From Candidatus Omnitrophota bacterium (lineage in GTDB: Bacteria; Omnitrophota; Gorgyraeia; Gygaellales; Profunditerraquicolaceae): a stretch of 60,870 nucleotides of DNA. The stretch's first letter is position 1; each line of letters starts with the position of its first letter. This document shows, piece by piece, positions 27,660 to 36,599 of the stretch. Below the pieces are notes generated by a model. It made no database searches. It worked only from the letters and a program-made list of their open reading frames with translations, and was not told the origin of the DNA. The stretch spans positions 1 to 60,870 of the forward strand of contig JBAZKC010000001.1 of NCBI GenBank assembly GCA_041651035.1, written 5' to 3'. The translations under genes were made by a program, and so were the position numbers.

Positions 27660-29765
27660 TTATTTGAAGAAACTGTTAGAGATGATAAAGGAGGCAAAAA
27701 CAATAGAGACCATGGACATTAGTTTGATCAAGATATTCAAGGATGGCCCCGAAGTATCTTTGAAGGGATCTCCTACGGTATCTCCGGTAACTGTAGCCTT
27801 ATGAGCCAGTGAACCTTTGCCGCCATGATGGCCTTCCTCTATATACTTCTTGGCGTTATCCCAGGCTCCACCGGAATTAGCCATCATGACTGCCAGAACA
27901 AATCCTGTAACCGTTGCCCCGCACAATAAACCCGCTTCCGCTTCAATACCCACAAGAATTCCCACGGCAATAGGAGCGGCAATCGCCAAAAGGGACGGAA
28001 AGATCATTTCTTTCTGGGCTGCCGCGGTAGCAATACTTACACATCTGGCGTAATCCGGCTTGGCCTTGCCTTCCATCAAACCGGTTATTTCTTTAAACTG
28101 CCTCCTAACCTCAACTACGATCTTACCAGCCGCTCTTCCCACCGCGCGCATGGTCAACGAGCAGAAAAAGAACGGAAGCATACCGCCGATAAATAACCCC
28201 ACCAAAACATTGGGATTCATCAGGCTTAAAACCATATCCTTACCGGAAATTATCAGCACCTGATCTTTATACGCGGCGATCAAAGCCAGCGCGGTCAAAG
28301 CAGCTGAACCGATAGCAAAACCTTTACCGGTCGCGGCTGTAGTATTTCCTAGAGCATCTAAAGCATCGGTTCTTTTTCTTACTTCCGCAGGTAAATGGGA
28401 CATTTCCGCATTCCCTCCGGCATTATCCGCTACCGGCCCGTAAGCGTCAGTAGCCAGAGTAATACCTAAAGTAGAAAGCATACCTACGGCAGAAATCGCT
28501 ATCCCGTAAAGCCCGGCATTAAAATTCTGGGCTCCGCCGGCAAGAAAATAGCTGGCCAGGATAGCTATACAAACAATGATAACCGGCAAACCGGTAGACA
28601 TCATCCCTACAGCCATACCTTCAATAATCACTGTGGCCGGCCCGGTAATTGAAGCATCGGCAATCCCACGGGTAGGCTTAAAACCGCTGGAAGTATAGTA
28701 TTCGGTAATCAAACCGATCAATACGCCTGCCAGTAACCCGGAAAGCACTGCCCAGTAAACTCCCAGATGTTCAACGCCTAAAGTATATTTAATCAAAAAG
28801 AATGAAATTATCGCAACCAAGATAGAACTGGTAAAGACACCTTTACGTAAAGCAAGAAGCAATACTTTCTGAGAAGCCTGTTCCCCGCTTTTTACGAAAA
28901 ATGTCCCGATGATAGAAGCGACCACGCCTACCGCGGCCATAACTAAGGGAACGGTTACGCCCGCAACCCCTAAACCAGCGGCCACGCCTAAAGCTGAAGT
29001 TGCTACGATTGAACCGACATAAGACTCATACAGGTCAGCTCCCATACCTGCTACGTCACCGACATTATCACCGACGTTGTCCGCGATGACTGCAGGATTT
29101 CTCGGATCATCCTCAGGAATTCCCGCTTCTACCTTACCGACTAAATCTGCCCCAACATCAGCAGCTTTGGTAAAGATCCCGCCGCCGACCCTGGCAAAAA
29201 GAGCCATGGAGCTCGCGCCCATACCAAAGCAAAGCATAGTAGAAGTAATCGCCGCGATCTTATCAATTCCGTGAGGAGTAGCATGCCCGGCGTAATACCA
29301 ATTCAGGAAATAATACCAAATACTTAAATCTAATAGGCCAAGCCCGACGACAGTCAAACCCATGACCGCGCCGCTGGAAAATGCTACCCGAAGGCCGGAA
29401 TTAAGGCTTTTCATGGCAGCTGCCGCGGTGCGATTAGAAGATTGGGTAGCTATGCTCATCCCGATAAAACCGGAAAGGCCGGAGAAAAAACCGCCGGTCA
29501 GGAAAGCAAAAGGCACAAACATAACCAGATAGCCTTTAAAAGCCAGGACTAAAAGTATAAAAAACATTACGATGAAAAATAAGGCTACTCCCGTATACTG
29601 CCTTTTCAGGTAAGCCCGCGCGCCGATCCTCACCGCTTCGGCGATCTCTTTCATCTTATCCGAGCCTTCGTCCATTTTCATGATGCTCATAGCCAGGTAG
29701 AAAGCAAAACCGAGAGCAAGGATTGAACCGGCCGGAGCCAACAATAACAAATCAAAACCTGCCAT
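27660..29765 (-). CDS. hppA: Membrane-bound proton/sodium-translocating pyrophosphatase
   Basis: 701 aa polytopic protein with [41 protein letters not shown] and [12 protein letters not shown]. Confidence 0.9.
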   Translation of the reverse strand: MAGFDLLLLAPAGSILALGFAFYLAMSIMKMDEGSDKMKEIAEAVRIGARAYLKRQYTGVALFFIVMFFILLVLAFKGYLVMFVPFAFLTGGFFSGLSGFIGMSIATQSSNRTAAAAMKSLNSGLRVAFSSGAVMGLTVVGLGLLDLSIWYYFLNWYYAGHATPHGIDKIAAITSTMLCFGMGASSMALFARVGGGIFTKAADVGADLVGKVEAGIPEDDPRNPAVIADNVGDNVGDVAGMGADLYESYVGSIVATSALGVAAGLGVAGVTVPLVMAAVGVVASIIGTFFVKSGEQASQKVLLLALRKGVFTSSILVAIISFFLIKYTLGVEHLGVYWAVLSGLLAGVLIGLITEYYTSSGFKPTRGIADASITGPATVIIEGMAVGMMSTGLPVIIVCIAILASYFLAGGAQNFNAGLYGIAISAVGMLSTLGITLATDAYGPVADNAGGNAEMSHLPAEVRKRTDALDALGNTTAATGKGFAIGSAALTALALIAAYKDQVLIISGKDMVLSLMNPNVLVGLFIGGMLPFFFCSLTMRAVGRAAGKIVVEVRRQFKEITGLMEGKAKPDYARCVSIATAAAQKEMIFPSLLAIAAPIAVGILVGIEAEAGLLCGATVTGFVLAVMMANSGGAWDNAKKYIEEGHHGGKGSLAHKATVTGDTVGDPFKDTSGPSLNILIKLMSMVSIVFASFIISNSFFK

Positions 29766-29833
29766 TTAAACCCTCCTTTTATAAAACAGCTGATCTATAA
29801 AGTTAACCATGGTCCAATACGAATAAAGGCATT

Positions 29834-29861
29834 ATATTAACACAAAACCTAAGAAAGTCAA
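29834..29861 (-). promoter_or_regulatory. Candidate sigma-70 promoter of hppA
   Basis: On the minus strand TTGACT (29861-29856), a 16-nt spacer, then TAATAT (29839-29834). A strong SD (AAAGGAGGG) lies upstream of the ATG. Confidence 0.45.
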
Positions 29862-29870
29862 GGGGCCTAC

Positions 29871-30251
29871 CTACGATAATATAAGCTTGCGGATTTCTTC
29901 GGGGATGACCTTTGGTCTAAGGCTCTTATCCACAAAAACCAGGGTGGTTTTTGCCTTGGAAACGATCTGATTATTTTGATTCCGTATCTCGTAATCAAAT
30001 TCAACGCGTGCCCCGCCAACCGCGCTGACGTGCGTATCTACCTCAAGAGTATCCGCGTAAAAAGCGGGTAATTTATAGTCTATTTCCTGACGGGCTACTA
30101 CAAACAGCGCGTCCTGCCTGGCGAGTTCCTGCACTGAAATCCCTTTCTCCGCCAGGAATTCAGTGCGCGCCTCCTCCAGGAATTTCAGGTAATTGGCGTA
30201 ATAAACTACTCCTCCGCAATCAGTATGATGATAGTAAATCTTAAACCTCAT
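29871..30251 (-). CDS. Acyl-CoA thioesterase (YbgC/4HBT hotdog fold)
   Basis: 126 aa. The sequence YYHHTDCGGVVYYANYLKFLEEARTEFL is typical of YbgC-like thioesterases. Confidence 0.8.
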   Translation of the reverse strand: MRFKIYYHHTDCGGVVYYANYLKFLEEARTEFLAEKGISVQELARQDALFVVARQEIDYKLPAFYADTLEVDTHVSAVGGARVEFDYEIRNQNNQIVSKAKTTLVFVDKSLRPKVIPEEIRKLILS

Positions 30252-30275
30252 TAGTAACGCTCCTTTTTACTATTA

Positions 30276-31520
30276 TCAATCAGAGTAACGTTTTAAGATC
30301 AGACATCCATTACAATTGCCGAATCCAAAAGAATTTGTCAAAACAACATCTACCTTGGCCTTCCTTGCCTGGTTAGGCACATAATCTAAATCACAATCGG
30401 GATCCGGATATTTATAATTGATTGTCGGTGGGATCAGGTTGTTTTCTATGACCAGCGCGCAGACCAACGCTTCTATCGCGCCCGCGGCGCCAATGCTGTG
30501 ACCGATCATTGATTTAGTTGAAGATACCGGAATCTTATAAGCATGGCTGCCGAATACTTCTTTTATTGCGCTGGTCTCAGCCTTATCATTTAATGTGGTA
30601 GCTGTGCCGTGGGCATTGATATAATCCACATCTTCGGGTTTTGCCTGGGCATCCTGTAAAACCTTGCGCATTGCTTTTGCCGCGTCACGGCCTTGCGGCT
30701 CAGGCATAACTATATGGTAGGCTCCGGAATTACTGCCATAACCGGCGATCTCAGCATAGATATGGGCATTCCTTTTTAAGGCATGCGTAAGCTCTTCTAA
30801 TATAAGTACTGCTGAACCTTCGCCAAGGACAAATCCATCCCTTTTTTTATCAAAAGGCCGGCTGGCCTCTTGAGGAAAATCATTATTTCTGGAGAGGACC
30901 CTTAACACGGAATAAGCGCCAAAGGTAAATTCAGTAAGCGGGGCTTCCGCGCCTCCGGAGAGACATACATCCATATCGTTACTCTGGATAAGCCTGAATG
31001 CCTCGCCGATCGCGAATGTACCTGAAGCGCAGGCGTTGGATATAACCATATTAGGGCCCATAAGTCCATGTTGAATAGCGATATGGCTTGCCACAGCATT
31101 CGGGCTGATCCTGGGAACGCTTCTGGCGTTAATCCTACGGGTACCTTTATCGTATGCAGCCATGATTTGCTCTTCATGGAAAAGAAGCCCTCCCAGGCCA
31201 GAGCCAATAATTACGCCGATCCTGTCCTTGTCTTCTTTACCCGGATCCAGCCTGCTGTCGTCTAAAGCCGCCTTGGCAGAAATTAAACCCAGATGCACGA
31301 ACCTGTCTATCTTCCTTACTTCTTCTTTAGGAATATAATTTGAGTTCTCCAGGTCTTTTATTTGTCCGCAGATCTTGGATTCAAAGTTAGACACGTCAAA
31401 AGAGGTTATCTTGCCCACCCCTGACCTGCCTTCAATATTGGCCTTCCAGAATTCCTCTTTTCCGATCCCATTGGGCGCGGCTACGCCCAAACCGGTTATA
31501 ACCACACGACGATTAGACAT
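30276..31520 (-). CDS. fabF: Beta-ketoacyl-ACP synthase II
   Basis: 414 aa with RRVVITGLG, the active-site NACASG, HGTATTLND and the GHSIGAAG motifs. Confidence 0.9.
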   Translation of the reverse strand: MSNRRVVITGLGVAAPNGIGKEEFWKANIEGRSGVGKITSFDVSNFESKICGQIKDLENSNYIPKEEVRKIDRFVHLGLISAKAALDDSRLDPGKEDKDRIGVIIGSGLGGLLFHEEQIMAAYDKGTRRINARSVPRISPNAVASHIAIQHGLMGPNMVISNACASGTFAIGEAFRLIQSNDMDVCLSGGAEAPLTEFTFGAYSVLRVLSRNNDFPQEASRPFDKKRDGFVLGEGSAVLILEELTHALKRNAHIYAEIAGYGSNSGAYHIVMPEPQGRDAAKAMRKVLQDAQAKPEDVDYINAHGTATTLNDKAETSAIKEVFGSHAYKIPVSSTKSMIGHSIGAAGAIEALVCALVIENNLIPPTINYKYPDPDCDLDYVPNQARKAKVDVVLTNSFGFGNCNGCLILKRYSD

Positions 31521-31543
31521 CTATTTCTGATCCCCTTTCTCGA

Positions 31544-31822
31544 CTAGCCCGTAATCTTATCGAAGTCTTCTACTATTATCGCCGGAAAGGTAGTAAAGGC
31601 GATATCCGTGGATTTTGTAAGTTCGATCGAAGACTTCATTACTTCCTGGATCCCGGGAAAATCAACCATAAAAGCCAGATCATAAGCTCCTAATAACGCG
31701 TACATGAAATTGATCTTGCCGCCTGACCTCTCGATGGTACCTATTACTTTATTCGTGCGTTCAGCTGTTATCCCCTTTATTGCTTCTACTGAATACTTCC
31801 CCAGCATCAAAAACTTGGCCAT
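31544..31822 (-). CDS. GYD domain protein
   Basis: 92 aa. MAKFLMLGKYS...LLGAYDLAFMVDFP matches the GYD family pattern. Confidence 0.7.
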   Translation of the reverse strand: MAKFLMLGKYSVEAIKGITAERTNKVIGTIERSGGKINFMYALLGAYDLAFMVDFPGIQEVMKSSIELTKSTDIAFTTFPAIIVEDFDKITG

Positions 31823-31835
31823 ACCCGCCTCCTTT

Positions 31836-32198
31836 CTATTTATAAACCTTAAAACCGGGCAACCGGTCGTTTTTTACCCTCTGGAAACGCTCATCGTCAA
31901 CGGTCATCAGCGCCTTTATATAACGCCAGGCGATAAGTATGTCTGCCTTTACTTTTTCTTTTACCTGTTTATTGGGCGGGATCAATCCGCCTTGATCGTC
32001 CCACCAGATCCCGAGTTCATAAGCGGGATTCTCTATCCATATCCCCACGTCATCTATTCCGGTTACAACAGCCCATGCTTCATCTTTATAAATTTGAAAA
32101 AGAGGGAGATCCGCTTTTATTTCTTCGGAGAATTTAAAGAGCACTAATTTACCTTTCAGCCCTTCTGCCTGCATATCGCCCTCCCGCATAGCCTCCAT
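31836..32198 (-). CDS. Hypothetical protein
   Basis: 120-aa ORF in the co-directional gene string. No family was recognised and the start is uncertain. Confidence 0.4.
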   Translation of the reverse strand: MEAMREGDMQAEGLKGKLVLFKFSEEIKADLPLFQIYKDEAWAVVTGIDDVGIWIENPAYELGIWWDDQGGLIPPNKQVKEKVKADILIAWRYIKALMTVDDERFQRVKNDRLPGFKVYK

Positions 32199-32267
32199 CC
32201 TAAAGAAAGGAATGACTGTATTCTACCGCTAAAAAGCCTGTTTTTCAATGGAGATTTTGTGGACAGC

Positions 32268-32636
32268 TTATTCTTTATGCTGATTAACGCCTTTTAAAGA
32301 TTCAATTACCTTTACAGCTTCTTTCTTGGTAAGCTTACTAATGTCGGGCTTATGGTAATATTTGTGTATAAAATTGTTAAGATGCCCCTCTTCCCAGCCG
32401 GCCTCTCTAGCAAGATATTCGATATATAACTTCTGCCTGATGGTCAAGCCAAAGGGATTAACCTGATAATATTTGCTGCGTACAAAGAAGTTCATCAGCT
32501 TCCTGAACTTTTCATCATCCAGCTCCTTGGCGCTGCTTACTCCTGCTATCCGCTGAAGGGTATCTCTGTATTCAGCATCACTTAAGTTTAATTCTTTTTT
32601 GACAATATGTATAACAGCTAATTTCTTTTTGTCCAT
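32268..32636 (-). CDS. Phage Mu gp16/GemA-like protein (DUF1018)
   Basis: 122 aa. KLAVIHIVKKELNLSDAEYRDTLQRIAGVSSAKELDDEKFRKLMNFF and LTKKEAVKVIESLK fit the DUF1018 pattern from memory. Confidence 0.6.
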   Translation of the reverse strand: MDKKKLAVIHIVKKELNLSDAEYRDTLQRIAGVSSAKELDDEKFRKLMNFFVRSKYYQVNPFGLTIRQKLYIEYLAREAGWEEGHLNNFIHKYYHKPDISKLTKKEAVKVIESLKGVNQHKE

Positions 32637-32643
32637 TTCGTAT

Positions 32644-32659
32644 TTTATTCGCGAATAAA
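32644..32659. promoter_or_regulatory. Perfect 16-bp palindrome TTTATTCGCGAATAAA in the divergent intergenic region
   Basis: Read directly from the sequence. It lies 8-23 nt upstream of the GemA-like ATG, where an SD would be expected, and none is present. It is about 90 nt upstream of the radical SAM gene. Confidence 0.5.
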
Positions 32660-32746
32660 CACCTTATAAGAGTTCTCCTACAAGGCAATTATAAATACTA
32701 TATATTACTATATCAAGTATTTTCCCGCCTTTATTTATTGCTTAAG

Positions 32747-34243
32747 ATGCCATTTAATGGTAAAGTTATTATAAGCAACACTATAATAAAGGAGATTAAA
32801 ATTAAGTATAATCACGTTTTATTCCTCAATCCTTATATCGAAAGCAGCGCCACAAGCACAATGATGCTTTTCCCTCCCACAGGCCTTGAATATGTGGCAA
32901 CGAGTGCTAAGGGCCTGGTCAATAAGATCACTCTCTTGGATCTGCGCTACGAAAAAGACCTATCCGACATAAATAAGCTTCTGGATTTTATATCCGGACA
33001 GGTCGATATTATCTGTGTGGGTATCGGCTGGGACCGGCAAATCGAAGAAATCTGCCAGCTTCTCAACCGCATGCCGGCTCACATCCCTCTGGTTGTAGGG
33101 GGCTATACAGCTACGGAAAAAGTAAATGAACTCTTTAAGGCATGCCCTGCCATAAATATCATAGCCAGAGGCGAAGGCGAAGAAACAATGAAAGAGATAC
33201 TAAAGGGCCTGCCGCTTAAAGATATCCGCGGTATCTCTTATAGGCAAGACGGACAAATAATACATAATCCCAACCGGCCCCTTCCCGATGTAGACAGCCT
33301 CGCTGCGCCTGACCGTTCCTTAAGGCGTAATGAATACTCACTTGCTGTAAACGGCGTAAGCCTGGCGGGCATAACCTTTGATTCAGTATTGAGCGCGCGG
33401 GGCTGCCCCTTTAACTGTAAATTCTGCACGTTCAGTTTAAACCCGTTAGGGCAAAAAAGAGAGTATGCCGCCCGCAGCGTAAACTCTGTAGTTGATGAGA
33501 TCCAGGGTTTAAAAGCGGGAGTGATACTCTTCAGCGACGACAACCTGTTCGTTGACCCCAAGAGGGCGGAAGAAATCTGTGATTTACTGATCAAACGAAA
33601 GATAAAAAAACGCTTCATCGCGCAAGCCCGGCTGGATATCGCCAAGTATCCGGTACTGCTGGAGAAAATGGTTAAGGTGGAATTTAAGGCGCTATTGATC
33701 GGGATCGAATCGCCCCATGACTGGATACTGACACAGCTTAGCAAAGGATTTAATCAAGAGACCATACGAAAATCGTTTGAGGTCCTTAAGAAATATCCTA
33801 TCTTCTATAACGGTTATTTTATTTACGGCAATATAGGGGAAACTGAAGAAGAGATGTTGTATATCGGGCAATTCGCCAAGGAAATAGGAGTTGATTCCAT
33901 CGCCTGCAATAAATTAAGGATCGAGAAGTTCTCGCCCCTAAGGGAGTTAGCGCTGAATTCCCCGGGTTATCATGTTACCGACAGAGGAGAACTATATTCG
34001 GACACCTACAGCCATGCCGCCTTGAAAAAAATAGGCAGAAGAATAAAATTCTCTTTTTATACCCCTTCACGATTTATGAAAATACTCTGGAAGAATATTT
34101 TCATAACAAAGTTCTTCACTTTTAAAGAAATGCTTCTTGTCCTAATCGCCTCCCCGCGCATCCTCGCAAACGTTATTATCAGAGAAAACCGCAGAGGCAG
34201 GCTCAAAGACTCTCTAAAACGCACCTTTATTAAGAATACCTAA
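32747..34243 (+). CDS. B12-binding-domain radical SAM protein
   Basis: It has an N-terminal cobalamin-binding-like Rossmann region and the radical SAM motif ARGCPFNCKFC. The track start at 32738 is TTG, and the first ATG is at 32747. This is the only substantial plus-strand gene. Confidence 0.85.
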   Translation: MPFNGKVIISNTIIKEIKIKYNHVLFLNPYIESSATSTMMLFPPTGLEYVATSAKGLVNKITLLDLRYEKDLSDINKLLDFISGQVDIICVGIGWDRQIEEICQLLNRMPAHIPLVVGGYTATEKVNELFKACPAINIIARGEGEETMKEILKGLPLKDIRGISYRQDGQIIHNPNRPLPDVDSLAAPDRSLRRNEYSLAVNGVSLAGITFDSVLSARGCPFNCKFCTFSLNPLGQKREYAARSVNSVVDEIQGLKAGVILFSDDNLFVDPKRAEEICDLLIKRKIKKRFIAQARLDIAKYPVLLEKMVKVEFKALLIGIESPHDWILTQLSKGFNQETIRKSFEVLKKYPIFYNGYFIYGNIGETEEEMLYIGQFAKEIGVDSIACNKLRIEKFSPLRELALNSPGYHVTDRGELYSDTYSHAALKKIGRRIKFSFYTPSRFMKILWKNIFITKFFTFKEMLLVLIASPRILANVIIRENRRGRLKDSLKRTFIKNT

Positions 34244-34244
34244 A

Positions 34245-35522
34245 TCAGGGCCTGTGGTATCTGCCGCGCCCCTGCCTATACTTGCCTTTTGCCTGCCTAT
34301 CCGAAGATTGACGCGAAGATTGATGTGAAGGCTGATGCGAAGATTGAACAAAATGTTCCTGGGAGAAATCCGGGTGCTTTGAAATAGGTAATGAAGCCTT
34401 AATAAGTTTCTCAATATCCCGCACATCACGGCCCTGGTCAGGCATTGCAAAAGAAACTGCGTGCCCCTTATGGCCTGCCCTGCCTGTACGGCCGATACGA
34501 TGCACGTAGTTTTGCGCGTCATCAGGAAGGTCATAATTAATAACCAGTTCAACCCCGATAACATCAATACCCCTGGCGGCAATATCAGTAGCAACCAGCA
34601 CTCTGTATTTACCTGATTTAAAACCTTCCAGGGCTTCACGGCGCTGGCTTAGAGAACGGTTAGAATGTATCTCCGCTGCCCTATAGCCCATATCACTAAC
34701 GGACCTGGTGATCTTTCTTGCGTTGTGCTTAGTACGGGAGAATAAAAGGACAGGCCCATGGTATTGCGCGAGCAACTTACTAAGAAGCCGCGGCTTAGCA
34801 TCTTTTTTAACAATAAATACTTCCTGGGTAATGCACTCCGAGGTGGTCCCGGAAGGGGCTATCTCAACACAAACAGGCAGTTTCATGTGTTTGGCGGCTA
34901 TATCCATAACCTCTTTGGGGATAGTCGCGGAGAAAAGCATAGTCTGCCTCTCTTTGGGCAGAAAACGCAGGATCCTCTCTATCTGCGGGGCAAAACCCAT
35001 ATCAAACATGCGGTCCGCCTCATCAAGCACCAGCATTACTACCTCATCAGGCAAGACATTCCATCTACCCATATGATCAATAAGCCTGCCGGGAGTAGCA
35101 ATGACTATACGGGGATCTTTACGAAGCGCGTGTACCTGGTCTTGCATGGAAGCTCCTCCGATAAGGCAAGCTGTCTTCATACCAAAAGCATGCGCGATAT
35201 TCTGAAAAGCCTCATCGATCTGAATAGCCAATTCCCGCGTAGGAGCCAGGATCCAACCTGTACCCTCTTTCTGCGCCAGTAGCTGCACCATAGGAATAGC
35301 AAAGGCGTGGGTTTTACCGGTTCCTGTCTGCGCGATACCGATAAGATCCTTGCCTTGAATTGCCATAGGGATCGCCTTCATCTGGATCGGGGTCGGGACC
35401 TTGAATTTCATGCGTTCAAGAATATCCAGGATCTTAGGCGCGATACCTAACCCGTAAAAACTCTTGTCAGATGGTTCAACCCCTTGAGATAAATTATTTG
35501 TATTAGTTATTCTATGCGGCAT
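34245..35522 (-). CDS. DEAD-box ATP-dependent RNA helicase with low-complexity basic tail
   Basis: 425 aa with the Q-motif region, AQTGTGKT, DEAD (VLDEADRM), SAT and HRIGRTGRAG. The C-terminal tail is SSHQPSHQSSRQSS...GRGRYHRP. Confidence 0.9.
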   Translation of the reverse strand: MPHRITNTNNLSQGVEPSDKSFYGLGIAPKILDILERMKFKVPTPIQMKAIPMAIQGKDLIGIAQTGTGKTHAFAIPMVQLLAQKEGTGWILAPTRELAIQIDEAFQNIAHAFGMKTACLIGGASMQDQVHALRKDPRIVIATPGRLIDHMGRWNVLPDEVVMLVLDEADRMFDMGFAPQIERILRFLPKERQTMLFSATIPKEVMDIAAKHMKLPVCVEIAPSGTTSECITQEVFIVKKDAKPRLLSKLLAQYHGPVLLFSRTKHNARKITRSVSDMGYRAAEIHSNRSLSQRREALEGFKSGKYRVLVATDIAARGIDVIGVELVINYDLPDDAQNYVHRIGRTGRAGHKGHAVSFAMPDQGRDVRDIEKLIKASLPISKHPDFSQEHFVQSSHQPSHQSSRQSSDRQAKGKYRQGRGRYHRP

Positions 35523-35527
35523 AATGT

Positions 35528-35716
35528 TTAGGCTGCTTTTAACCTCTGCCTTTCATCGACTTGGCCAAGATGAATATGGCAGTAAGCTTCGTGATTGTAG
35601 ATACTTAAGATATGTTTGCAATGCGGAAACCTGCACTTTCTACCCTTAGGTGAAGATTTTATTTTTTTAATAGCTGCTCCTTGTGAGAAAACATCGGTAT
35701 AATTTTGTACATTCAT
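35528..35716 (-). CDS. Small Cys/His-rich (zinc-finger-like) protein, possibly a coupling upstream ORF
   Basis: 62 aa with CRFPHCKHILSIYNHEAYCHIH. Its stop lies 5 nt before the helicase ATG. Neither this ORF nor the helicase has a recognisable SD. Confidence 0.45.
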   Translation of the reverse strand: MNVQNYTDVFSQGAAIKKIKSSPKGRKCRFPHCKHILSIYNHEAYCHIHLGQVDERQRLKAA

Positions 35717-35738
35717 TTAAAAATGAATGTACAAAATT
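35701..35738 (-). promoter_or_regulatory. Perfect 18-bp hairpin occluding the start codon of the small ORF
   Basis: AATTTTGTACATTCATTT (35701-35718) pairs with AAATGAATGTACAAAATT (35721-35738) across a 2-nt spacer. On the minus-strand RNA the 3' arm contains the AUG (35716-35714) and the next four codons. Confidence 0.7.
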
Positions 35739-35777
35739 AAAAAGCCGTAAAGGTTAGTTATCTTCCCTTTACGGCTT
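35731..35777 (-). terminator. Intrinsic terminator/attenuator inside the 5' leader
   Basis: The minus strand reads AAGCCGTAAAGG-12 nt-CCTTTACGGCTT, a perfect 12-bp stem (35777-35742), followed by TTTTTAATTTTG. Confidence 0.7.
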
Positions 35778-35809
35778 AAGATTTCCTAATCTTTCTAGAT
35801 TTACGTTTT

Positions 35810-35837
35810 ATTATACCATCTTATATGGATTTGTCAA
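35810..35837 (-). promoter_or_regulatory. Consensus sigma-70 promoter (TTGACA-16 nt-TATAAT)
   Basis: On the minus strand TTGACA lies at 35837-35832 and TATAAT at 35815-35810. Both hexamers are identical to the consensus. Confidence 0.7.
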
Positions 35838-35854
35838 TAAGTTTAACAAAGACA

Positions 35855-35889
35855 GGGGACGGTTCTGTCCTTAGGACAGAACCGTCCCC
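35855..35889 (-). terminator. 16-bp stem-loop immediately after phoU; same family as 23908-23940
   Basis: GGGGACGGTTCTGTCC (35855-35870) pairs with GGACAGAACCGTCCCC (35874-35889) around a TTA loop. TGTCTTTGTT follows on the minus strand. Confidence 0.6.
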
Positions 35890-35895
35890 CAGATC

Positions 35896-36564
35896 TTAAC
35901 TTAGCTCTTCAGGATGGTGTTTTACTACCTTGCCTCCGACCATATAAATGACGTCTTCTGCGATATTGGTAGTATGATCACAGATACGCTCAAGATGACG
36001 GGCGATCAATAATAACAGCACAGCGCGCGGCGCGGAACCTGGGTCTTTTGCCATGTAATCATTGATCAATTCTTCCTGGACCATATTGCGCAATTTATCG
36101 GCCTGAGGATCAGAAAGAACCACCTTTTTGGCAAGCTCCACGTCTTTTTCTACAAACGCGTTTATTGCATCGCGAACCATATCCTGCGCGACAATAGACA
36201 ACTTGGGAATATCTATCAAAGGCTTAAGTACCGGCTTATCTATCAACTCCAGGACGCGCTGCGATATATCTACCGCCAGATCCGCAATACGCTCAAGTTC
36301 GGCGTTTATCTTCATGCCGGTAGCGATAAACCTTAAATCCCCCGCCATAGGTTGATGCCTGGCGATCAAATCAATGCATTTTTCATCAATTTCTAATTCC
36401 AGCTTATCAACTCGGTCGTCGTTATTAATAACTTCTTCAGCCTGGAGTTTATTCCGGGTTTTTAACGCCTCAATAGACTTAAATATCGCCTCCTGGGCCA
36501 TAACTGCCATCTTAAGGATATCCTTATGCAAGCCTTTCAGTTCTTCGTCAAAATGCCTTTCCAT
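35896..36564 (-). CDS. phoU: Phosphate signalling complex protein PhoU
   Basis: 222 aa with two PhoU repeats (DxxxD-type E/D clusters; ARHLERICDHTTNIAEDVIY). Confidence 0.9.
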   Translation of the reverse strand: MERHFDEELKGLHKDILKMAVMAQEAIFKSIEALKTRNKLQAEEVINNDDRVDKLELEIDEKCIDLIARHQPMAGDLRFIATGMKINAELERIADLAVDISQRVLELIDKPVLKPLIDIPKLSIVAQDMVRDAINAFVEKDVELAKKVVLSDPQADKLRNMVQEELINDYMAKDPGSAPRAVLLLLIARHLERICDHTTNIAEDVIYMVGGKVVKHHPEELS

Positions 36565-36599
36565 TCCAACCTCCGATCTTTCTCTCTATTACTCCTGGG

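Noticed and set aside
29926-29934. A perfect DnaA box, TTATCCACA.
   Set aside because: It is a single box inside the thioesterase coding region. There is no cluster, no AT-rich unwinding element, and no strand switch of gene orientation nearby.
30902-31207. Nested or alternative-frame and antisense ORFs inside large genes. Examples are 30902-31207 in fabF, 33238-33744 opposite the radical SAM gene, 34214-34639 and 34708-35282 in or opposite the helicase gene, 43534-43725 in purL and 60534-60740 in glnN. Many plus-strand ORFs of 60-170 aa opposite minus-strand genes fall in the same group.
   Set aside because: Each lies wholly within a longer ORF that has clear family motifs. Their translations are low in complexity or Ser/Pro/Arg-rich, and no independent translation signals are seen. 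They are typical shadow ORFs.
34250-34350. An apparent short tandem DNA repeat (gaagattga... units) at the 3' end of the helicase gene.
   Set aside because: It encodes the low-complexity HQxS/RQSS basic tail of the DEAD-box protein. This is a coding low-complexity region, not a separate repeat element.
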